In this document: positions 10,067 through 18,363 of the stretch, in pieces
Numbering within the stretch: position 1 is the stretch's first letter
How the letters are laid out: each line of letters begins with the position of its first letter
Sequence record: NC_042018.1
Length of the DNA: 64,000 bases
Direction: 5' to 3' (one strand)
Notes under the pieces: generated by a model
Seen by the model: only the letters and a program-made list of their open reading frames with translations
What the model was told of the DNA's origin: nothing
Databases searched by the model: none
Made by a program: the position numbers and the translations under genes

Positions 10067-10093
10067 AGTTCGCACAACATAAGGGTTGCTATA

Positions 10094-11584
10094 ATGTTAA
10101 AAACATTTGTACAAGCCGGCGAGATTTACCGTAACAGTACCCGACCAGCTATCTACGATTCGCTGAAGAGTATGTTAAAGTTTTACGGTTTGGATTCAGC
10201 AGCCGAAGTCTTCTACAACGGGGAGAACGAAATTGCCAAGCTGGTAGGCAGTAACGCTACCGACAATTTACGTACCGATATCTACACAGATGGATTGTTC
10301 CGCAACAAAATCTTTATTGTTCCCACGGTGGAGCCCAGTCCGTTTAACAGCGGGTATGCCAACAGTCGTCGTGCCTTAACCGAACGTCCCGTTTGGCAGG
10401 ACGAAGACCTGGGGATTATGGTTGTTCCGTCCTTTGAGGGCCGTCGTATTACCGTTGAGGTGAATGCCCACTTCAATGACCGTAATAAAGCCCAGGAGTT
10501 TGTGAACACCATTAACTACCGTCAGGCTAATCAAATTGCGGACATGGCGTTCAGTGCGTATATTCACCTTCCAGTGAACACCGGCATTCTGGCCTTCCTG
10601 GAGCACGCTCACGACTTGCTGGTAAAGAATGACCCTACCGCCGAGCCTGATTGCCCTACGTGGTTTGGAGCACGTTGTAAGGCCCCTATGACCACTGCCA
10701 CCAACGCTGCAGGCAATAACGCGGAGATGTTGGTACCAATGCGTATTGATAACCTGGGGGTGCAGTTTGAAGAGCCACGTATCCGGCTTGCGCAGAAGGC
10801 GCAACTGGTGGGTAAATACGAAGTCGCGTTAACCTACTTCTTTTATTTCCAGGAGTTCATTGGTTGGGACGTTGAGTATCCGTTGAACATCTATCAGGAT
10901 GAGATTGACGCTCAGTACATCCCGGCTATCAATGAACAGTATGAACGTGGGTTCACTAACCGCAGCAACATTGAGCTGGCGTTTGCCAATCAACTGACGC
11001 CGTACAACCGGTCAGAACACTCACCGTATTTCCTGTGTCTGCCTAAACACGACCCGTTCCGGAAAGAATACCAGAACTGGATGGTGCCGGTATTCCAGGT
11101 GCGGTTAGCGGTAGCCAATGTTGAGCAACAGGAGCTGGCCGCGTTATCCGACATTCCGGATATTGAGTGGAACGACACGGTAATGAAATACATGCTGCGC
11201 CGTCATGCTAAAGCGTTCTCTCACCACGACACACCTTTCTTGTTCTCAGCGTACAGCGGTGACCTTCAGGTCTTGCCGGTTCAGTTAATGATGAACGAAA
11301 CCGGGTCCACGTTCCTGACACGTCCTCCTACCATGAAGAATACTTACCGACTGATGTTGGATGTCGACATGGCTATCCGTGACTACAGTCAGGACTTCTG
11401 GGATGACCTCATGAAACACCCGGAAGACTGGGGTATCCTGCCAGGTATCTTCCCGTGGTATGACTGGACGGACTGGGATAAGAAATTCCCTCAATGCATC
11501 GATGACATTAATATCGGTGGTGACTTTATTCCGAAATGGGACCGTCTGATGTCGTGGATGGGTCTTATTGCTTACCGAGGATAG
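10094..11584 (+). CDS. Virion structural protein (phiKZ-like conserved block)
   Basis: 496-aa ORF positioned between the head-protein array and the helicase/capsid, as in phiKZ-related phages. No catalytic motifs seen. Confidence 0.55.
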   Translation: MLKTFVQAGEIYRNSTRPAIYDSLKSMLKFYGLDSAAEVFYNGENEIAKLVGSNATDNLRTDIYTDGLFRNKIFIVPTVEPSPFNSGYANSRRALTERPVWQDEDLGIMVVPSFEGRRITVEVNAHFNDRNKAQEFVNTINYRQANQIADMAFSAYIHLPVNTGILAFLEHAHDLLVKNDPTAEPDCPTWFGARCKAPMTTATNAAGNNAEMLVPMRIDNLGVQFEEPRIRLAQKAQLVGKYEVALTYFFYFQEFIGWDVEYPLNIYQDEIDAQYIPAINEQYERGFTNRSNIELAFANQLTPYNRSEHSPYFLCLPKHDPFRKEYQNWMVPVFQVRLAVANVEQQELAALSDIPDIEWNDTVMKYMLRRHAKAFSHHDTPFLFSAYSGDLQVLPVQLMMNETGSTFLTRPPTMKNTYRLMLDVDMAIRDYSQDFWDDLMKHPEDWGILPGIFPWYDWTDWDKKFPQCIDDINIGGDFIPKWDRLMSWMGLIAYRG

Positions 11585-11588
11585 TGCT

Positions 11589-12875
11589 ATGCCATTAGCC
11601 ATTACTCCTGTAGGACAAATTAAGGACGTCCCTGCAGAAACCCCCAAGATTTACAACGAGCGTTATAAGCACTCTATCGTTGACTCTGCGTACCAACCTG
11701 AAACCAGTCTGTTGTCAATGGTGGACGGTGCACCACGTATGGTGGAGTTCTACCATCAGTTCCTGGGACAGACCGAAGAACCGTTACCGTTCCAACCGGA
11801 AGGCATGGCGCTCTACCAGTCCTACACCCGTATTAAACGGATGATCATCAAGCAGGAAGGTGACGGGGCTTATAACTACGACCCAGACACCGGGCAGTCA
11901 GCTAAAGAGTATAACGGTTACGTTATCTTTGACCTGACCCCTATCCGGGGTGATGTGTTTATTGCGGACATTGGTGACGGGAACGCCGGGCTCTTTGTGT
12001 TAACCGAACAGCCAGAGATTCGCAACTTCACCGCCAACAAAGTTTATTACATCACTTACAAGCTGATCAGCTTCTTGACTGAGCAGATGTTTGATGCGCT
12101 GAATAAACGCGTAGTAAAAGAACTGGTCTATTCCAAAGACTCGGCGATGAACGGCGGTAACGCGGTTATCTCGGAAGGGGCTTACGACGACCAGAAAAAC
12201 CTGGTGAAGTGGCTTATCACCATTACCGGTCACCTGTACCGTAACTTTTACTGGAACCCAGAGAAAACCTTTGCGTTGATTACCCAGGGTGAACAGAAAG
12301 TTTACGACCAGTATTTGGTGGAGTTCCTGTGTGCGGTAACCCCACCTGAACTACGGCAGGGATATCCGTTCATCAATCGCCTGTCAACGCAGTACGGTGG
12401 CCGTGAGGTGGGTTATCACGGGTCTCTGAGTATCTGGGACGTCTTGCTGCGTGGTGACTTCCATTTACTGGGTCAGTGCAGTAACCGTATCGGGATTGTG
12501 GACGTTAATCGTCTGTACGCCACCCGAGCCTACGGGACTATCCGCAACAGCAAGTTTGACCAGGTGCTGGTAACTGACCCCGAGAACTACGGCAACATGC
12601 AACCGTACTTCAACATGGATGGCTATCCGATTCTGACCTATGACGCTGACCGGTCCACGACCTACATGTTCACGGCAGAATTTTATAAAGGTCAAGCGAG
12701 CACGGAAATTGAACACCTGGTGTTGGACATTCTGCGCGACCGCGTGATTGACCGCAAACGACTGTTGAAGTATTGCGATACGTACTTCAACCTTACCCGT
12801 TGGGAACAGCTCTATTACGGAGCGATTCTCATCTTACTGATTCAGGCTACACGTAAAGTAGACGTCGGAGTGTAA
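11589..12875 (+). CDS. Virion structural protein
   Basis: The likely ATG is at 11589 after gagga. It is coupled to its neighbours. The PIRGDVFIADIG segment loosely recalls neck-protein beta-barrels. Confidence 0.55.
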   Translation: MPLAITPVGQIKDVPAETPKIYNERYKHSIVDSAYQPETSLLSMVDGAPRMVEFYHQFLGQTEEPLPFQPEGMALYQSYTRIKRMIIKQEGDGAYNYDPDTGQSAKEYNGYVIFDLTPIRGDVFIADIGDGNAGLFVLTEQPEIRNFTANKVYYITYKLISFLTEQMFDALNKRVVKELVYSKDSAMNGGNAVISEGAYDDQKNLVKWLITITGHLYRNFYWNPEKTFALITQGEQKVYDQYLVEFLCAVTPPELRQGYPFINRLSTQYGGREVGYHGSLSIWDVLLRGDFHLLGQCSNRIGIVDVNRLYATRAYGTIRNSKFDQVLVTDPENYGNMQPYFNMDGYPILTYDADRSTTYMFTAEFYKGQASTEIEHLVLDILRDRVIDRKRLLKYCDTYFNLTRWEQLYYGAILILLIQATRKVDVGV

Positions 12876-12876
12876 A

Positions 12877-13584
12877 ATGCTGATAGCTCGCTATAACCAC
12901 ATTCGTGGACGATTAACCGCGCTACACGATATGATTCAACACAAGCAGTTCTCGGTATGGGTTGCGCCTGTTATGTTCATGGATTTGGAAGAGCTACGGC
13001 ACCGTCCGACTTTCCAGCGTGAAGACCACGTCGCAGACCATCAGTTCTACGAAACCCCTCAGATGCGTTCCATGACCGTATCACAGCTGGTTGAGATTCT
13101 ACCAAACATGAACACCCCTAATGACATCGGGTACTGTCGTCCTAACGAAGACATCCCGCTGTTATATGAAGGGATTCAGGAATACATCATGCTGTGGTGT
13201 GAAATCATCAAGGACGTACCTGAGGTGCCGTTCCCGCCGTTAGACGAACTCTACCTGCTGGAGAGCTTTGCTTACACTCTGTTCCCAGCATACCGTTCGA
13301 TTAAGCCTTACCTGGACGACAGAGAACGTCAAGAGCAGAACGGCATCAATGCCCGTATGTCTGAAATGGGTCTGGCAAGCTTCATGGGGCTGTTCAAGCA
13401 AGAACGCTTCGGGGCCAAGATGGCAGACGGTCAGCTTAGCTTTGTCTCTTATCTTGACATGCTGAAGCAATCCATGAACTGGACGGAGTCAGCGGGACAG
13501 ACTGGGGTGAAATCTGCTACCGACAGTTTGCTGGCACAAGATAACAACGATACCGGGTTGTCTTCTTGGTTCATGATGAAATAA
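12877..13584 (+). CDS. Hypothetical protein (structural operon)
   Basis: 235-aa ORF starting 1 nt after the previous stop. Confidence 0.6.
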   Translation: MLIARYNHIRGRLTALHDMIQHKQFSVWVAPVMFMDLEELRHRPTFQREDHVADHQFYETPQMRSMTVSQLVEILPNMNTPNDIGYCRPNEDIPLLYEGIQEYIMLWCEIIKDVPEVPFPPLDELYLLESFAYTLFPAYRSIKPYLDDRERQEQNGINARMSEMGLASFMGLFKQERFGAKMADGQLSFVSYLDMLKQSMNWTESAGQTGVKSATDSLLAQDNNDTGLSSWFMMK

Positions 13585-13593
13585 GGATGATCC

Positions 13594-14928
13594 ATGCAAT
13601 TTCCTAAACCGATAAGAAACCTACTTGAGCAAGCCAAACGCACCAGTCAAGTGGGTCAGGTTCGGGTGGTGCGGTTAAAGGCTACACTGATTACCCCGAC
13701 ACAGCACATTGACTTGATTATCCCTACGGGGTTCTCCAAGTACAGTAACTTTGTGTCGGCTAACAGTGATGACGCTCGTATCAAAGGGCACCTGCAACCG
13801 GGGGCGTACTTTAATAACGTGTTGCCTCACAAAGACAATCTGTTGATTGAAGTGTTGGAACAGGAAGGATTGCGTCAGACAGCCACCACATACCGTTGTG
13901 TGCCGTTGGGAGATGGTAACCCCAGTCAAGCAGGTCAGCACAGCTCTATGGCCAATCTGGATGCGTTAAACAACCGTAACGTGATTGAGGTTGAGTTCCA
14001 GTTACTGGACCCCGGCTTTGATCTGTTAAAGAACGTGCCGGTTGACCGCATTCTGTTAATGGGGCGACTGGATGATACCCTGCACAGTTTGCTCACGGAG
14101 TTTGGTGAGAAGCTGGGACTGACAGGACCCAATGCGTTTCGTGGGGTGAACATTGAAAAGCCTATCGACAACGAACAGGTCATGTCGCAGATTGTCATTC
14201 CTCAGGGTACACGATTAATCAAGCTGGCCGAGTTCCTGCAAAACGACGACCAGTACGGCATCTATTCCAAAGGGATGGGAAGCTTCTACCGGAAGGGCAT
14301 GTGGTACATTTATACCTTGTATCGGTTAGGACGTTATAAGACCGCCTCCAAGGTACTGGACGTATACCGCTTGCCTCAGGACTCCATTCCAACGTTAGAC
14401 GTTACCTATTACCAGAACGACCGGGTGATTACGGTAATGTCTACAGGAGAAGGTTCTCAGGTCGACCGTCGCGATATCCGTCGTCAGAACAAAGGTACTG
14501 GTACCCGTGTGATTAACCCGGATGCCTTAGCAGGGGAAGCCGGTAATTACTACGGTAAAGGAGGCGCACTCACTACCCGTCAGGATAGCTTGTCAGAGTT
14601 CCGTACGTCACAGCGTGCTAACGACAATGACTTCGTGCCTCTTAACCCTACCCCGAGTTCTAACATCTGGAAGTACATGTCAGAGAACGCTCGTAACGAT
14701 GGCATGGTGGTTACGGTGGAATGGCATAACTCCAACACGGACTTAATCACGCCCGGTATGCCGTGTCGGTACTTCTACATGGAAGGGGATGTGGTGAAGT
14801 CGAAAGAGGGAACGGTCTTGGAGGTTCGTCGAGACATGATGGCAGATACCTCTAACACCCGAGCTACCTTCAGAGAACGAGGGCAGTTACACCTGTTCTT
14901 GTTAGACGATGATGAGATGATCCAATAA
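13594..14928 (+). CDS. Virion structural protein, possibly baseplate hub-like
   Basis: 444 aa. The C-terminal VTVEWHNSNTDLITPGMPC resembles the beta-barrel of gp27/gp44-type hubs; this is inference only. Confidence 0.45.
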   Translation: MQFPKPIRNLLEQAKRTSQVGQVRVVRLKATLITPTQHIDLIIPTGFSKYSNFVSANSDDARIKGHLQPGAYFNNVLPHKDNLLIEVLEQEGLRQTATTYRCVPLGDGNPSQAGQHSSMANLDALNNRNVIEVEFQLLDPGFDLLKNVPVDRILLMGRLDDTLHSLLTEFGEKLGLTGPNAFRGVNIEKPIDNEQVMSQIVIPQGTRLIKLAEFLQNDDQYGIYSKGMGSFYRKGMWYIYTLYRLGRYKTASKVLDVYRLPQDSIPTLDVTYYQNDRVITVMSTGEGSQVDRRDIRRQNKGTGTRVINPDALAGEAGNYYGKGGALTTRQDSLSEFRTSQRANDNDFVPLNPTPSSNIWKYMSENARNDGMVVTVEWHNSNTDLITPGMPCRYFYMEGDVVKSKEGTVLEVRRDMMADTSNTRATFRERGQLHLFLLDDDEMIQ

Positions 14929-15225
14929 GTTTTTATTTTAAAGCTATTATATTAACTTATACTTATTATCCTAGTCTATCGTCAGAGGGTTGACTAAATT
15001 AATAGTAATACGAAGTATTACATCCTTATAGGTAATAGCTCATAACAGCTATTACCGGTTGTCTTTACTTCCTTATTCTTTCCCTCCTCTCGTGAGAGAG
15101 TGAGGGGAGGTTATTATATTATAACAATTTTCGTCTCTACATTACTTAGGTGATCTGTGTAATAAACAAAACCTTTGTCAGACCGGCTTAGGTTATTTCT
15201 TTTTAAGGTTAAGAGGAAAGATACC
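14929..15225. other. AT-rich intergenic region with a cluster of hairpins
   Basis: Inverted repeats at 15005-15021 (GTAATAC-GAA-GTATTAC), 15031-15056 (GGTAATAGCT-CATAAC-AGCTATTACC) and 15082-15106 (terminator-like), plus a weaker one at 14972-14996. Confidence 0.6.
15135..15153 (+). promoter_or_regulatory. Putative phage promoter motif (CTAYATTAYTTAG class)
   Basis: CTCTACATTACTTAGGTGA. Related copies occur at 20704, 26210, 51975, 62483 and 63136, each upstream of a transcription unit. Confidence 0.5.
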
Positions 15226-15573
15226 ATGACGATTAGAAAATGGCTCTCAGTAGCGCTGATAGCGTTTATGACGATGTTTTGTATAAATGCGTCTGCTGAA
15301 CAAAACACTGCGCCTGTAGATGTCCGCTTTGGTCATCAAACCGATCCGATAAGCGGCATGCAATATACAGTCGCTTACGTCACTGCGGTTAGCGATGATG
15401 TCGTACTCACCGGCATTCGCGTTAACCGAGGTAACTGCCGAGAAAGCGTCGGCAATCCCGCTGTACCAGTGTCCATCTATTTTGGACAAACCGTCAAGTA
15501 CCTGTATATGAAGTGTAACCGCATCATAGAAGCCGAATTACGTACGAACCATGGCGACTGGGTATTTAAGTAA
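15226..15573 (+). CDS. Small secreted/periplasmic protein with signal peptide and a Cys pair
   Basis: ATG at 15226 follows gagg. MTIRKWLSVALIAFMTMFCINASA|E is a basic-hydrophobic-AxA signal peptide. The mature domain contains NRGNC...KC. Confidence 0.7.
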   Translation: MTIRKWLSVALIAFMTMFCINASAEQNTAPVDVRFGHQTDPISGMQYTVAYVTAVSDDVVLTGIRVNRGNCRESVGNPAVPVSIYFGQTVKYLYMKCNRIIEAELRTNHGDWVFK

Positions 15574-15595
15574 CACAATCAGTTAAGGAGACACA

Positions 15596-16114
15596 ATGGA
15601 GAACCAAGCGTTTTTAGACAAGTTCAATACTGTCGAAGATTTGCTGTCTACGGGTGATATGCTGCTTTACAAGTCTACGGACTGGGATTTAGCAGTAAAG
15701 ACCCTACACGCCGCTGTCGTTCAACGTGTGGCCGCAGAACCTGATTTTGAAGTATGGGTCCCGTTACGCTATTGGCAATACGCAAAAAGCAAAGACCGGG
15801 CCGCTGGGTTATACATTGAAGTGTTTGATGTGTACATCAGCAACAAGGGACGCGTTTATAACCTGAATGGTAACGACGGTAGTGAGCCGCATTTTGGTAC
15901 CGAAGATAGCAACGGGTATAAAACGTTCTCTGTAACGGTAGATGAGAAGTCGAAGAGTCTGATGGTGGAACGTGCGGTCGCCTGCTGTTTCCTACCGATA
16001 CCGGATGACTTAGCGACACACAAAATCATCGACCTGGAAGTGGGGCATCGTGATGAGGATCGTGCTAATAACGATGTCATGAACCTGTTCTGGAAATTAA
16101 CCAAAACCATGTAA
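15596..16114 (+). CDS. NUMOD4/HNH homing-endonuclease-like protein, apparently degenerate
   Basis: EVWVP...YISNKGRV...GY...VERAVACCF...VGHRDEDRANNDVMNLFW follows the I-HmuI-type pattern but stops 6 aa after NLFW. Confidence 0.7.
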   Translation: MENQAFLDKFNTVEDLLSTGDMLLYKSTDWDLAVKTLHAAVVQRVAAEPDFEVWVPLRYWQYAKSKDRAAGLYIEVFDVYISNKGRVYNLNGNDGSEPHFGTEDSNGYKTFSVTVDEKSKSLMVERAVACCFLPIPDDLATHKIIDLEVGHRDEDRANNDVMNLFWKLTKTM

Positions 16115-16120
16115 CCACTA

Positions 16121-16148
16121 CCCTACCTTCCCAATCGGGAAGGTAGGG
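16121..16148. terminator. Bidirectional terminator between convergent genes
   Basis: CCCTACCTTCCC-AATC-GGGAAGGTAGGG between the HNH gene (+) and the helicase (-). Confidence 0.75.
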
Positions 16149-16168
16149 ATTTCTCTTATGTTTATTTT

Positions 16169-17719
16169 TTATGCAGCTTCTCTGCTAAAATCATCCCAAT
16201 CCGGAATTGAATTGCCGTTTTCATCAAGTCGGTGTTTCAAGCTCTTACGGTACGCTGGCTTACCGTTTATGTCGTGCACCAATCCCTTCTCTGGATCCAA
16301 GTCGTAAATACCAAAGCGGTCTTTCGGATCACACCCTTCCCCACGCTGCTTCCCTATTGAGAATGTCCAATAGTTCTTCAAGTCCGTCTTCGCCACGTGT
16401 ATGGTGATTTCCACATCCACTTCGTTCGTTAACTTGGTTGAGGTTTCTGTCATGGACTTACCGGCCACTTCACGACCAAAGTACACTTCAGACTCATCAT
16501 CCGATTCACGCAGAATCTTCTTCGCTTCTGGACTCAACTGGTGAGGCGTCACGAAACAGATACCACGCGCCATGGTGAACGACCGCACCTTACGATAAAG
16601 CATCTGTAGCTTATCGCCTTTGGTGTCCCCGGTCATGCCTTCCAGTTCCATCATTGCCAGGTAGTCGTACGCCAGCAGAATGACTTCGTGACCTTTGAGT
16701 TCCAGCTTACGGATACGGTCACAGAACTTGTAGAAGTTATCTTTGTTGGGTTCAATCTGGTTGATGATTAAACACCAGCCGTTCTTCTTGAAGCCATTAA
16801 CGATGGTGTTAATGATTTCTTCGGCGGTACAGGTCATGAAGTCTTTCAACTCACCTGTCTCGGCCACACAGAACAGTTTAAACATACGAACAATGATGAG
16901 GTCGAGGCTATCCTCAGCAGAGTCCAATACCACCGTTGGGATTTTAGACTTATCACGCAACAGGGGTTTGTTGTACAGACCCACAGACGCTAACACATGA
17001 CCCAGGGTAAACGATTTACCACGGTTGGTCAGGGCGTTAAACAGATAGAACTTAGCACGACGTAAACCCCCGTCCGGTTCCAGTGCTTTGTTCAAGCCCT
17101 GCATACCTAACTTAAGGATACCGTCCAAACTGGCTTCGGACTTCGCCTGACTGATAACCGACTCAAAGCTTTTCGGATCATCAGAGGTGACTGTCCCCAC
17201 AACTTCGGTTTGTTTATCTTCGTTGAAGTTGTCGTTAATCTTTTCTTGAATCAGGTCCGACAGTTTAATCCAGTCTTCCTTCTTGAACTTCTTCACATCA
17301 CCAAAGTGAAACTCTTTGATGGTCTTCTTGAAGTTCTTGCTGAAACTGCTGTCGGTGGCATTACGACGAATTTCTTTGATGTGCTTATAGATAATCTGAC
17401 GGATACGTTCTTCGGACGCCACGTCTTCTAAGCCCAATTCAATCGATGTTTTCAATTCAGGTGCGTTGGCAGTGAAATCCATCACACGCTGCATTAACAT
17501 TGATTTTATGATTGGCTCATCATCGGGCTGTTCCAGAATCCAGTCTATCGTCGCACGGATATCTTCCTCGGTCTTTTTATCTTGTATAAAAACTTCTGAA
17601 CTGGAGATGGGTACGGTTTGTAAGAGATCCAACAGTTCATTTAACAGCGTCTTATCATTGATTCTTTTTACTTGGTAGATTGCTGTTAAGATTTTCACCA
17701 AGATGAGAAGATTACTCAT
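16169..17719 (-). CDS. dnaB: DnaB-like replicative helicase (phiKZ gp118-like)
   Basis: Walker A ALTNRGKS, Walker B LLAYDYL and the TPHQLS motif. It sits next to the capsid gene, as in phiKZ-like phages. Confidence 0.85.
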   Translation of the reverse strand: MSNLLILVKILTAIYQVKRINDKTLLNELLDLLQTVPISSSEVFIQDKKTEEDIRATIDWILEQPDDEPIIKSMLMQRVMDFTANAPELKTSIELGLEDVASEERIRQIIYKHIKEIRRNATDSSFSKNFKKTIKEFHFGDVKKFKKEDWIKLSDLIQEKINDNFNEDKQTEVVGTVTSDDPKSFESVISQAKSEASLDGILKLGMQGLNKALEPDGGLRRAKFYLFNALTNRGKSFTLGHVLASVGLYNKPLLRDKSKIPTVVLDSAEDSLDLIIVRMFKLFCVAETGELKDFMTCTAEEIINTIVNGFKKNGWCLIINQIEPNKDNFYKFCDRIRKLELKGHEVILLAYDYLAMMELEGMTGDTKGDKLQMLYRKVRSFTMARGICFVTPHQLSPEAKKILRESDDESEVYFGREVAGKSMTETSTKLTNEVDVEITIHVAKTDLKNYWTFSIGKQRGEGCDPKDRFGIYDLDPEKGLVHDINGKPAYRKSLKHRLDENGNSIPDWDDFSREAA

Positions 17720-17743
17720 TAGTTAACTCCAGGTGTAATAGAC

Positions 17744-18289
17744 ATGAAATTCGTTATTAGCCAGAACAATAAGAAGTCGGTATGGTTCTTGACCAAAGGT
17801 ATGGTCGATGCGCTGAAAAGTGTAAGTATAGAATTTGACCAGTTAGACCAACTTCCGAAATTTACGGAGCATCTCACTCCCAGTGAGATTGCCAACATCC
17901 TTAAGCTACAAGATATTATAGCTGGTAAGTTCGGCGTGCCCATTCTGCCGCCAGTGCTCGATAATGTGGACGCTGTCAACAAATTACTTATCGAGAGAGC
18001 ATTAAATACAGTGAGCAGTGAAGATTTACAACAACACTTCAGTGCACACAACAAATTCTATGTTCATACAACACAAAACGGTTTCGTGCTGTGCTTGGCG
18101 AACAAAGATGAAACTGGGAGTATGCCCGGCTGGGAACCATTGGCGGCCGATACACTGGTTCCTGCCCTGCTGGAAGGACTCTATAAGAAATTTGGCTACA
18201 ATGAGGTTCATTTCAAAGAAGTGACAAAAGCTTCAGTGAACGAGTTCTCATTAGCTAATATCTTTAATCTGATGGCTATTACTAACTAA
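17744..18289 (+). CDS. Hypothetical protein
   Basis: 181-aa ORF divergent from the helicase with only a 24-bp spacer. Confidence 0.65.
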   Translation: MKFVISQNNKKSVWFLTKGMVDALKSVSIEFDQLDQLPKFTEHLTPSEIANILKLQDIIAGKFGVPILPPVLDNVDAVNKLLIERALNTVSSEDLQQHFSAHNKFYVHTTQNGFVLCLANKDETGSMPGWEPLAADTLVPALLEGLYKKFGYNEVHFKEVTKASVNEFSLANIFNLMAITN

Positions 18290-18312
18290 GCCCGTTAGCA
18301 GTAGCGATATCA

Positions 18313-18320
18313 TTTTATGT
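18313..18320 (+). promoter_or_regulatory. Candidate late (nvRNAP) promoter TATG upstream of the capsid gene
   Basis: TTTTATGT lies about 45 nt upstream of the capsid ATG. phiKZ late promoters have a TATG core overlapping the start site. The motif is short, so evidence is weak. Confidence 0.35.
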
Positions 18321-18363
18321 GCGCAAGCGCGAACAAATATATTTGTTTAAAGGAATTTAAGAA

